Below are positions 24,586-32,979 of a DNA stretch of 40,769 nucleotides, one piece after another. A program made the position numbers and the translations under genes. The notes beneath the pieces were generated by a model that ran no database searches, was not told where the DNA came from, and worked only from the letters and a program-made list of their open reading frames with translations. The stretch is from Bacteroidales bacterium (lineage in GTDB: Bacteria; Bacteroidota; Bacteroidia; Bacteroidales; UBA932), in the NCBI GenBank assembly GCA_017548725.1, contig JAFYZI010000172.1, positions 1 through 40,769 on the forward strand, given 5' to 3'. Positions within the stretch are counted from its first letter, which is position 1, and each line of letters opens with the position of its first letter.

Positions 24586-26136
24586 ATGAAATCATTCTAC
24601 GAACTGTTCAAGGAGGCATCGGTCCGCTACCCGGATTCTGCGATACATTTCCCTGACGAAGAGAAGAAGTATTCATATTCGGAATTCCTGGAAGGAGTGG
24701 ATGAGTATGCTGGGGCCATGACAGGCTGCGGCATCGGCCGTGGCGACCGGGTGGCCCTGTTCGGCCAGAACACTTCGTACTGGATGAAATGTTTCTTCGC
24801 CCTGCTGAAGATAGGAGCTGTGGCAGTGCCGATAAGTTCCAAATGTGTCGAAGACGAGATACTCTACATGACCCGGACGGCTGGCGTAAAACTTCTGTTC
24901 CACTTAATGGAAGGCCCCGTGTCCGCAAGACTCATTCACAGTGTGCCGGCTGTAGTGACTTTGGACCGCATGGATGCCTTTGTCCATGACTACAGACGCA
25001 ACCGCCAGGAAAACGAACTGCCGGCCTTCGAACCGGAGCGCACGGACCTGCTGATGATAATGTTCACTTCCGGCACCACGGCCGACCCGAAAGGAGTGAT
25101 GCACGGCCCGGAAAGCCTCATGAACTCCGCGACGGACTTCATGAAGACCATTGGTCTGGACTCCGGCGACGTCATGCTGCTGAATCTGCCCATCAGCCAT
25201 ATATACGGCAGTGTGCTCATCTGCTGCTCGTTCTTCATGGCGGGGGCCGACCTCGTAGTGAGCAGGACCTACACTGCCCGTGGCACACTGAATCTTATAA
25301 ATAAATACCGCTGCACAGTCCTGAACATGGTGCCCACAATGTACCAGCTGCTGTTCTCTCCGGATCTGGTCCGGCGCTACGACCTGTCCAGCGTAAGGAG
25401 AGCCATAGTAGGAGGGTCATACACCTCACAGGAACTGGTGGACAATATGGGAAAGGCTTTCGGCAAGGAAAATGTGATGTGCGGCTTCGGTATGACTGAA
25501 TGTGCAAGCTGGGCCCTCGGCCAGGGCTTCGACCGTCCCGCCGCCGAACGCGGTACATCTGCCGGCTGGCCTGTGGGCAATATGGAAGCCCGCATCGCCC
25601 CGGGCTACGGCCTCTCGGAGGACGGCATGATCCAGGGTGAGCTTTGCCTGCGGGGCAAAGGCATGATGCTGGGCTATCTGGACGCTACAATCACTGCAGC
25701 ATCATACGACGACGAAGGCTGGTTCCACACGGGAGACGTGGCGAAAAAAGACCAGACCGGGAAATACTGGATCGTGGACAGGTGCAAGGATATGATAATC
25801 CGCGGCGGCGAGAACATCTCTCCCAAGCACGTGGAGCTGGTGATAGACAGCTTTGAAGGCATTGAAGGCTCTCAGGTGGTCGGCCTCCGCGACGCTGTCT
25901 TCGGAGAGAAGGTGGTGGCCGTGCTTCTGAAAGACCAGGCTGCAGTGACAGACATCAAAGCCCTGATATCATATCTGAGGCAGAGGCTGGGAAAAAACAG
26001 ACGCCCCGATTTCTATGTGGCTATGTCTGAAATACCCATGGCCGGCGTCGGCAAGGTCAACAAGCAGGCGATACGCAGTCTGGTCGACGCCAATATCGGA
26101 AAACTCAAGCGCAATACGATAAACTATCTGGGATGA
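24586..26136 (+). CDS. AMP-dependent synthetase/ligase (acyl-CoA or fatty-acid ligase, class I adenylate-forming enzyme)
   Basis: It contains MFTSGTTADPKGVMH (A3 core motif), GFGMTE, WFHTGDVA, IIRGGENISP and a terminal GKVNK catalytic-lysine region. Confidence 0.85.
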   Translation: MKSFYELFKEASVRYPDSAIHFPDEEKKYSYSEFLEGVDEYAGAMTGCGIGRGDRVALFGQNTSYWMKCFFALLKIGAVAVPISSKCVEDEILYMTRTAGVKLLFHLMEGPVSARLIHSVPAVVTLDRMDAFVHDYRRNRQENELPAFEPERTDLLMIMFTSGTTADPKGVMHGPESLMNSATDFMKTIGLDSGDVMLLNLPISHIYGSVLICCSFFMAGADLVVSRTYTARGTLNLINKYRCTVLNMVPTMYQLLFSPDLVRRYDLSSVRRAIVGGSYTSQELVDNMGKAFGKENVMCGFGMTECASWALGQGFDRPAAERGTSAGWPVGNMEARIAPGYGLSEDGMIQGELCLRGKGMMLGYLDATITAASYDDEGWFHTGDVAKKDQTGKYWIVDRCKDMIIRGGENISPKHVELVIDSFEGIEGSQVVGLRDAVFGEKVVAVLLKDQAAVTDIKALISYLRQRLGKNRRPDFYVAMSEIPMAGVGKVNKQAIRSLVDANIGKLKRNTINYLG

Positions 26137-28142
26137 CAGCCGACAGAATTTACGTAGATGTGATTCTGCCGCTCCGGCTCGCCGGGGAGGTCAGCTATTC
26201 TCTGCCCGAAGCCTTGCAGGAAAGCGTAGGCGTGGGCAGCTGGGTGGCAGTTACCTTCCACGGGCGCCGCTATCTGGCCGTTGTGTGCCGCAAAGGCGGC
26301 CTGGCTGCAGGCCTCGACCCTGCCGCAGTGCATGAAATAGACGAGGTCAAGACGGCACTGCCGGTGATCAGCGCTGCCCAGATGGAATTCTGGAAGAGCA
26401 TCGCGGACTATTACCTCTGCACTCTGGGAGAAGTCTTCAAGAGCGCCTGCCCCGCCCAGTTCTTCAAGCAGGTCGAAAAGAAGCGCAGCCTGCGCAAGAA
26501 GCTGCCGCAGTACGAAAGCCAGCCCGAAGCTGTCCTTTCGCCGGCCCAGCAGCAGGCAATGGATGCCATAGAGAACTATTTCGCAGGCGGGATGAAGACG
26601 GTGCTGCTGGATGCAGTGACCGCGGCCGGCAAGACAGAGATCTACATGGCCCTGGCCCGCAAGACTCTGGAAAAGGGCAGGGGAGTGCTTTACCTCGTGC
26701 CGGAGATTGCCATGTCCCGGCAGCTGGAGCAGCGCATCGGGTCTGTATTCGGCGACAAGCTGCTTATTTGGCATTCCCGCCAGACACCTGCAGTGCGTAA
26801 GGATATCTATGACAAGATAGTATCGTCGGAAGAACCATACATCATGCTCGGCACGAGATCGGCCCTGCTGCTGCCGCACCGCGACGTGGGGCTGGTAGTG
26901 GTGGACGAAGAGCATGACGGCTCCTACAAGCAGACCGACCCGGCTCCGCGCTACCACGGCCGCGACCTGGCCGTGATGTTCGCCCGTTTCCACAAGGCCG
27001 ACATCCTGCTGGGCAGCGCCACCCCGTCGCTGGAGTCGATATACAACGCCCGCACCGGCAAATACGGCCTGGTGGAGCTCAAGGAGAGATATTACGGAGA
27101 GCCCGAGCTCAAGACCGTGGTGATAGACATGAATCGCGCCTGGGCCGCTCACGATGTCAAGGGTTCCTTCTCAATGAAGCTGGTGAACATGATGCGCGCC
27201 GCCCTCGACCGTGGCGAGCAGATAATGGTGTTCCGCTCGCGGCGTTCCTACTCGTCATACGTGCAGTGCCCGCAGTGCGGCTCGGTGCCCCGCTGCCCGT
27301 CCTGCAACGTGGCCCTGAGCTACCACAAGTTCAAAAACGTGCTCAGCTGCCACTACTGCGGCTACCAGACCCCCTACGAAGCCGTCTGCGGCAACTGTGG
27401 CAGCAAAGGCCTGGCCCTCCGCGGCGCAGGCACTGAGAAGCTTGAAGAAGAGCTGCAGCAGCTGTTCCCCGACGCCGTAGTGGCCCGTTTCGACGCCGAC
27501 GTCACCGCCTCTGCAAAAGATGAGAAGGAGGTCCTGGAAGGTTTCCGGAACGGCGACATAGACATAATGGTCGGCACCCAGATGATAACCAAGGGCTTCG
27601 ACTTCGCCAACCTTTCGATGGTGGCAGTCATAAATGCGGACACAGTCGTCAGCCTGCAGGATTTCCGCTGCGACGAAAAGGCGCTCCAGCTGCTGGCCCA
27701 GCTCAAGGGCAGGGCGGCCAGAAGGGGCAGTGGCGGCAGCTTCGTGATCCAGACGTACCAGAGCGACTACCCCATCCTGAAAGATGCAGCCGCCGGCAAG
27801 TATGACTGCGACGCGCTGCTGGCCCAACGCCGCAACTTCGCCTTCCCTCCGTATGTGCGCCTCATCTCGCTTACTGTACGCGACCGCTACGAAGGCCGCG
27901 TGTTCACAATGGCCGGCGAGATAAAGTCCCGCCTTGCCAAGCTGCCCGACATAGAGTTCATGGGTCCCATGACCCCGGCCGTCAACAAGGTTCAGGGACA
28001 ATTCATGGCCGTATTCTGGGTGAAGCTGGCCAAAAATGCCTTAGCCCGTTCCGCCAAGAGCCGCGTCGCTGCCCTCGTAGAGGAGATGCGCAGCTTCATG
28101 AAACCGGCCGTGGACATAGTCGTCGACGTCGACCCGTATTAG
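26133..28142 (+). CDS. priA: Primosomal replication-restart helicase PriA
   Basis: It contains LSPAQQQAM, the P-loop AVTAAGKTEIY, VVDEEHDGSYKQ (DEEH) and the Cys-rich zinc region CPQCG...CPSCN...CHYCG...CGNCGS, followed by GTQMITKGFDF. It overlaps the ligase stop by 4 nt (ATGA). Confidence 0.9.
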   Translation: MTADRIYVDVILPLRLAGEVSYSLPEALQESVGVGSWVAVTFHGRRYLAVVCRKGGLAAGLDPAAVHEIDEVKTALPVISAAQMEFWKSIADYYLCTLGEVFKSACPAQFFKQVEKKRSLRKKLPQYESQPEAVLSPAQQQAMDAIENYFAGGMKTVLLDAVTAAGKTEIYMALARKTLEKGRGVLYLVPEIAMSRQLEQRIGSVFGDKLLIWHSRQTPAVRKDIYDKIVSSEEPYIMLGTRSALLLPHRDVGLVVVDEEHDGSYKQTDPAPRYHGRDLAVMFARFHKADILLGSATPSLESIYNARTGKYGLVELKERYYGEPELKTVVIDMNRAWAAHDVKGSFSMKLVNMMRAALDRGEQIMVFRSRRSYSSYVQCPQCGSVPRCPSCNVALSYHKFKNVLSCHYCGYQTPYEAVCGNCGSKGLALRGAGTEKLEEELQQLFPDAVVARFDADVTASAKDEKEVLEGFRNGDIDIMVGTQMITKGFDFANLSMVAVINADTVVSLQDFRCDEKALQLLAQLKGRAARRGSGGSFVIQTYQSDYPILKDAAAGKYDCDALLAQRRNFAFPPYVRLISLTVRDRYEGRVFTMAGEIKSRLAKLPDIEFMGPMTPAVNKVQGQFMAVFWVKLAKNALARSAKSRVAALVEEMRSFMKPAVDIVVDVDPY

Positions 28143-28151
28143 TTTTTTTAT

Positions 28152-28159
28152 TATTTTTG
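28152..28159 (+). promoter_or_regulatory. Possible -7 element (TATTTTTG) 7 nt before the lolD-like ATG
   Basis: It matches TAnnTTTG. The very short distance implies a leaderless or near-leaderless mRNA if it is real. Confidence 0.25.
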
Positions 28160-28166
28160 TCTGGAT

Positions 28167-28808
28167 ATGATTCAAGCCACCGGCATAGAAAAGAGTTTCG
28201 GCGACCTCAAGGTCCTCAAAGGCATCGACTTCACGGCTGAAGACCGCGAGGTCATCAGCATCGTGGGCGCCAGTGGAGCGGGCAAAAGCACCCTGCTCCA
28301 GATACTCGGTTCGCTCTACGTGCCGGACGCAGGTAAGGTCTATATCGACGGCCAGGACATCTTCAGCCTGTCCGAGAAGGAGCTGGCCGACTTCCGCTGC
28401 CGCAAGATAGGCTTCGTCTTCCAGTTCCACCATCTGCTGCCCGAGTTCACTGCCAAGGAAAACGTGATGATTCCGGCGATGATCGCCGGCCGCAGGGATC
28501 CCGACCAGGCAGCCGCCCTTCTCGAAGAGCTGGGGCTGGGAGAGAGGCTCGACCACAAACCCTCGCAGCTTTCCGGAGGAGAGCAGCAGCGCGTGGCCGT
28601 CGCCAGGGCTCTGGTCAATTCACCTTCGGTGATATTCGCCGACGAGCCTTCCGGCAATCTTGACAGCAAGACCAGGGAGGAGCTCCACAACCTCTTCTTC
28701 AAGATCAGGGACACCCACGGGGTGACCTTCGTAATAGTCACCCACGACCGCGACCTTGCGCGTCTCAGCGACCGTTGCCTCGAAATGCGCGACGGACGCT
28801 TCGTCTGA
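28167..28808 (+). CDS. lolD: ABC transporter ATP-binding protein, LolD/MacB-ATPase-like (single NBD, 213 aa)
   Basis: It contains [11 protein letters not shown] (Walker A), [15 protein letters not shown] (signature), [12 protein letters not shown] (Walker B) and VIVTHD (H-loop). The LolD assignment rests on overall resemblance only. Confidence 0.75.
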   Translation: MIQATGIEKSFGDLKVLKGIDFTAEDREVISIVGASGAGKSTLLQILGSLYVPDAGKVYIDGQDIFSLSEKELADFRCRKIGFVFQFHHLLPEFTAKENVMIPAMIAGRRDPDQAAALLEELGLGERLDHKPSQLSGGEQQRVAVARALVNSPSVIFADEPSGNLDSKTREELHNLFFKIRDTHGVTFVIVTHDRDLARLSDRCLEMRDGRFV

Positions 28809-28812
28809 TGCC

Positions 28813-30240
28813 ATGGGCAGCCTCATTTCACTGCGTTCTGCCGTAATCTCCAATCCTTTCCGCAGATTGGCGGCTCCTGTCGATTTCGAACTGGACGAAG
28901 GGGAGCAGATCGCCCTTGTTGGCGGCAACGGCAGCGGCAAAAGCACTCTTATATCCATGCTGGCCGGCGGCTTCTACCTCAGGGAAGGCACGCTGCGCCA
29001 CAATCTGGGCGGAGAGACTTACAAGGCCCTGAAGGTAGTCCGTTTCAACGGGGCTTACGGTACAACTGAATTTCCGTATTACTATCAGCAGCGCTGGCAT
29101 GCCTCGGAGAGGGAGTTCGGAATTTCGGTGAGGGATCTGCTGGCTCAGGAGCCGGCGGTGGATGAGAAATGGCGGCAGGAACTCTACGACCTGCTGGGCA
29201 TGGGGCCTCTGCTTGACCGGACCATTATGGTGCTCTCTTCCGGCGAACTGCGCAGATACCATCTGGCAAAAGCCCTGCTCTCGGCTCCGAAGGTGCTGGT
29301 GCTGGAAGCTCCTTTCATCGGCCTCGATCCGGAGACCCGCGAGCTGCTGTGCGGCTTGATGGATCTGGTGTCGGAGCGGCTTGGAGTCAGCTTTATCATG
29401 ACTTTTACAGACCTCGACATGGTCCCGCCGCTGGTGACTCACGTCTATTTCATGAAGAACCTGACATGCTCAGCGAAAATGACCCGCAGCGAGGCTCTGG
29501 CCCTTGGCGCAGGCAGGGCTGAGAGTTGCATCCAGCTGCCGGATTTTCCGTTTACAGGCCGCAGGCAGGTCAGCTACGAGAATGCTGTCGTCATGCGTAA
29601 CATCACCATAGCATACGGCGAAAGGACTATCTTCTCCGGGCTGGACTGGACGGTGAAAAGGGGAGAGGCATGGAATGTCACCGGGCCGAACGGCAGCGGC
29701 AAGAGTACTCTGCTTAGCCTGGTGTGCGCTGACAATCCGAAGGCCTATTCGCTCGACATGACGCTGTTCGACGTGCCCAGGGGCAGCGGCGAGAGCATCT
29801 GGGACATCAAGAAGCACATCGGCTACCTCTCCAGCGAGATGCACAGCGGCTTCAACGACAATATTCCTGCAGTGGAAGTAGTGGCCGGAGGCTTTGCCGA
29901 CGGCTATGCCGGAGCAGGCCGCGATCGCGTCGGAGAGTTTGCCACAAGCAGCGCTCTGCTGGAGTTCTTCGGCGCCGGACATCTGGCTCAGCGTCTGTTC
30001 CCGACCCTGTCGAGCGGCGAGCAGCGTCTGGTGCTGCTGGTGCGCGCATTCGTGAAAAATCCCGACCTTCTGATCCTCGACGAGCCGTTCCAGGGGCTCG
30101 ACTCCGGCCGCCGCTCGGTCGCAAAGGCGGCAATAGAGCGTTTCTGCAGCGACAGCGACAAAACTCTGCTTTTTGTCACGCATTTCCCCGAAGAGCTGCC
30201 GGATGTGATAGACAATACCCTTGAGTTGCGCAGAAACTGA
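28813..30240 (+). CDS. Twin-NBD ABC ATPase without a membrane domain (ModF-like); the first NBD is catalytically degenerate
   Basis: NBD1 has GGNGSGKST, LSSGE and a Walker B reading VLVLEAPF (the D-E pair is replaced by E-A), with no H-loop His (IMTFTD). NBD2 has GPNGSGKST, LSSGEQ, LLILDEPF and FVTHF, all canonical. I trimmed the start from 28756 to the ATG at 28813, 4 nt after the lolD-like stop. Confidence 0.75.
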   Translation: MGSLISLRSAVISNPFRRLAAPVDFELDEGEQIALVGGNGSGKSTLISMLAGGFYLREGTLRHNLGGETYKALKVVRFNGAYGTTEFPYYYQQRWHASEREFGISVRDLLAQEPAVDEKWRQELYDLLGMGPLLDRTIMVLSSGELRRYHLAKALLSAPKVLVLEAPFIGLDPETRELLCGLMDLVSERLGVSFIMTFTDLDMVPPLVTHVYFMKNLTCSAKMTRSEALALGAGRAESCIQLPDFPFTGRRQVSYENAVVMRNITIAYGERTIFSGLDWTVKRGEAWNVTGPNGSGKSTLLSLVCADNPKAYSLDMTLFDVPRGSGESIWDIKKHIGYLSSEMHSGFNDNIPAVEVVAGGFADGYAGAGRDRVGEFATSSALLEFFGAGHLAQRLFPTLSSGEQRLVLLVRAFVKNPDLLILDEPFQGLDSGRRSVAKAAIERFCSDSDKTLLFVTHFPEELPDVIDNTLELRRN

Positions 30241-30361
30241 TTCTTTTTGTGGTTTTACGGCTTGTTTTCCTTGTTTTTAATTCCTAACTTTACAAGGAAA
30301 CTTGGGCTTTTTGTAAAATAAGCAATAAAAACCATTATAAACCTTTATCAACCCCTTTATC

Positions 30362-31735
30362 ATGACTGATATTTCTAGACGTAAATTCCTGAAGAGCACT
30401 GCTTTGACAGGAGCGGGCTTAATCGTCGCCCCTTCTATTGTGCCTTCCCATGTATTCGGCGCGAATGCTCCTTCAGAAAGGATCAATGTAGGTGCTATCG
30501 GCACCGGTCGCCAGAGCCAGGGCTTCGACATGCCCGGCATCATGAAGTTCGAACAGGCTAACATGCTCGCTGTCTGCGACCTCGATGCACATCGTGCACA
30601 AGATGCAAAGACCCTCGTTAAGAATTTCTACGAGCGCAGAGGATGGAACCGCCCCGAGGCCATCGTTTATGCCGACTATGAAGATCTCCTTGCCAACAAG
30701 GATATCGACGCAGTCGTAGTCTGCACTCCTGACCACTGGCATGCAAAGATTGCCATCGACGCAGTCCGTGCAGGCAAGGATATTTATCTTGAAAAACCGA
30801 CTTCCCTCACTGTTGAAGAGGGCCGTCTGATGAGTAATGCAGTGAATGCTTCAGGCCGCGTATTCCAGCTCGGCTCACAGCAGCGTTCAGGCTCTCAGTT
30901 CCGTATGGCCTGTGAATTCGTACGCAGCGGCCGTATCGGTAAGCTGAAACTCGTCGAGGTCCGTCTCCCCGGCGACCCGGCAGGTGGAAACACCCAGGAA
31001 ATGCCTGTTCCCGCAGGATTCAACTATGAGAAATGGCTCGGTTCTACACCGTACGTTTACTACACCGAAGACCGCGTTCACCCGCAGAGGGGTTACGGCC
31101 GTCCGGGCTGGCTCCGCTGCGAGCAGTTTGGAGCCGGTATGATTACCGGCTGGGGCGTGCACCACTTCGACATCGCCCACTGGGGCATGGGTACAGAGTA
31201 CAGCGGTCCGCTGGAGGTTTACGGTGAGGCTGAATTTGCCGACAGCGGCCTCTGGGATGTTCACGGCGATTACCATACCGAGATGAGATATGCCGACGAC
31301 GTCATCGTAAGGGGTTGCACCGACTCTAAGGAGAAACCCAACGGTATCTACTTCGAAGGCACCGACGGCTGGATCTTCGTATGCCGCGGCAACTACACCG
31401 TACTGCCCAGCGATCCTCAGATGAACTCTTCAAGCCAGGCCCTCCAGGCTTCAAGGCCCGAGATCATCACCGAGCCTCTCGGAGAGAACGAGGTTCACCT
31501 CTACAAGAGCGAGGACCAGCACGGCAACTTCCTGGAGTGCGTGAAGAGCCGCGCTCTCACCGTATCTCCTGCCGAGATTGCCCACCGCTCATGCGCAGTC
31601 TGCCTGCTCCAGTTCATCGCTATGCACCTGCACCGCAAACTCTACTGGGATCCTATCAAAGAAAGATTCATCAACGACGACGAGGCCAACTCAATGCTGT
31701 CACGTCCGATGCGTGCCCCGTATAACATCTCATAA
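30362..31735 (+). CDS. Tat-exported Gfo/Idh/MocA family oxidoreductase
   Basis: The twin-arginine signal is MTDISRRKFLKSTALTGAGLIVAPS (SRRxFLK consensus). It has the Rossmann motif NVGAIGTGRQ and the EKP motif (IYLEKPTS). Length is 457 aa. Confidence 0.85.
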   Translation: MTDISRRKFLKSTALTGAGLIVAPSIVPSHVFGANAPSERINVGAIGTGRQSQGFDMPGIMKFEQANMLAVCDLDAHRAQDAKTLVKNFYERRGWNRPEAIVYADYEDLLANKDIDAVVVCTPDHWHAKIAIDAVRAGKDIYLEKPTSLTVEEGRLMSNAVNASGRVFQLGSQQRSGSQFRMACEFVRSGRIGKLKLVEVRLPGDPAGGNTQEMPVPAGFNYEKWLGSTPYVYYTEDRVHPQRGYGRPGWLRCEQFGAGMITGWGVHHFDIAHWGMGTEYSGPLEVYGEAEFADSGLWDVHGDYHTEMRYADDVIVRGCTDSKEKPNGIYFEGTDGWIFVCRGNYTVLPSDPQMNSSSQALQASRPEIITEPLGENEVHLYKSEDQHGNFLECVKSRALTVSPAEIAHRSCAVCLLQFIAMHLHRKLYWDPIKERFINDDEANSMLSRPMRAPYNIS

Positions 31736-31737
31736 TC

Positions 31738-32970
31738 ATGAAATTCAAACTTATAGTATTATCGCTTCTCATTCCGGTTCTCTCTTACGGAGCATCGGTA
31801 AACATATCTGTCAATGCCGGAAAGCATGACCGCACCGACTGTGTGGTAACAGCCGACATATCAGCGCTGAAAGTCAAGGATAAACATGCCGTGGAGCTCT
31901 ACGAGACCACCAACGGCGGCGAAGTGGCCACTCCCTGCCAGGTTCTCCTGGACGGCAAGAAATCCGAGCTGGTATTCATCCTTACAGGCAACACTGCTCC
32001 CTACCAGGTCCGCACTTACGTGGCCAAGAAGGTAAGGGCCAAGAAGGCTGACAAGAAGATGACTGCCGAGATGGACAGCAAGGCTGTCGTGCTCAGGAAG
32101 AACGGCAAGGATGTGCTGAAGTACAACTTCGCCATCAATCAGTCTCCTGCAGGCGTCGATCCTATCTTCAACCGCGGAGGTTACATCCACCCTGCATACA
32201 CTCCTTCAGGCTTCGTGCTGACCAACATCCAGCCTGCAGACCACCGTCACCACTACGGCATCTGGAATCCCTGGACCAAACTCATGTACGACGGTCAGGT
32301 ATATGACTGCTGGAACCTCATCGAGCGCCAGGGTACAGTCCGTCCCGAGGCTGTAGAGGCTCTGTATGAAGGTGATGTCTTCTCTGGCTTCAATGCTTCC
32401 CTGAACCACATCGTTTTCACCGATGCCGGCGAGAGGACTGCTATGCGTGAAGTATGGAAAGTCAAGGTCTACAACGTGGGCGACGGCTATCTCTGGGACT
32501 TCGAGTCTGAACTGACTCCGGGCAGCAAGCCTGTCACTCTCAAGGAGTACCGCTACGCCGGCCTCGGCTTCCGTGCCAACGCAGTCTGGACTAAGGAGAA
32601 TGTCGAGATGATGAGCTCTGAGGGCAAGACCCGTCAGCAGATTGACAACACCACCGGCCGCTGGCTTTACACCAACGGCGGCACAGGTGTCGGCAACAAC
32701 GTAGCCGGTCTGCTCTATATGTGCCATCCCGACGACTACAACTATCCTGAGCCCATCCGCATCTGGAACGAGCAGCAGAACGGCGGCCGCGGCGACGTCT
32801 ACATGAACTTCGTGCCCACGAAGAACAAAGACTGGAAGCTCAAGGCAAACCGCACCTATACCCTCAAGTACAGGTTTTACGCTTATGACGGCATGATGAC
32901 TCCTTCAAAGGCTGAGAAGATCTGGGCCGATTTCGGAGAGCCGCCTATCGTAAAAGTTACTAAGAAATAG
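31738..32970 (+). CDS. Secreted PmoA-family/DUF6807-like protein of unknown function
   Basis: The Sec signal is MKFKLIVLSLLIPVLSYGASV. It contains GGYIHPAYTPSGFVLTNIQPADHRHHYGIWNPW, a His-rich motif. The family assignment is from memory of this motif and of its frequent adjacency to Gfo/Idh/MocA genes. It starts 2 nt after the upstream stop. Confidence 0.6.
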   Translation: MKFKLIVLSLLIPVLSYGASVNISVNAGKHDRTDCVVTADISALKVKDKHAVELYETTNGGEVATPCQVLLDGKKSELVFILTGNTAPYQVRTYVAKKVRAKKADKKMTAEMDSKAVVLRKNGKDVLKYNFAINQSPAGVDPIFNRGGYIHPAYTPSGFVLTNIQPADHRHHYGIWNPWTKLMYDGQVYDCWNLIERQGTVRPEAVEALYEGDVFSGFNASLNHIVFTDAGERTAMREVWKVKVYNVGDGYLWDFESELTPGSKPVTLKEYRYAGLGFRANAVWTKENVEMMSSEGKTRQQIDNTTGRWLYTNGGTGVGNNVAGLLYMCHPDDYNYPEPIRIWNEQQNGGRGDVYMNFVPTKNKDWKLKANRTYTLKYRFYAYDGMMTPSKAEKIWADFGEPPIVKVTKK

Positions 32971-32979
32971 TTTGGAAGT

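Noticed and set aside
26620-26650. The PriA Walker A reads AVTAAGKT instead of the usual GVTGSGKT, raising the possibility of an inactive helicase.
   Set aside because: The sequence still satisfies the general P-loop pattern [AG]-x4-G-K-[ST]. The DEEH box, the zinc-binding Cys cluster and the C-terminal helicase motifs are intact.
26124-27152. A 342-aa antisense ORF opposite priA. Similar long antisense ORFs occur elsewhere, for example 19612-20352, 34412-35545, 12052-12666, 575-1480, 27255-28001 and 29470-30183.
   Set aside because: Each lies opposite a gene with unmistakable conserved motifs. Their translations are the G/A/V/L/R/H-rich, motif-free strings typical of shadow ORFs on the antisense strand of GC-rich coding DNA. 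None has a promoter box or a sensible start context.
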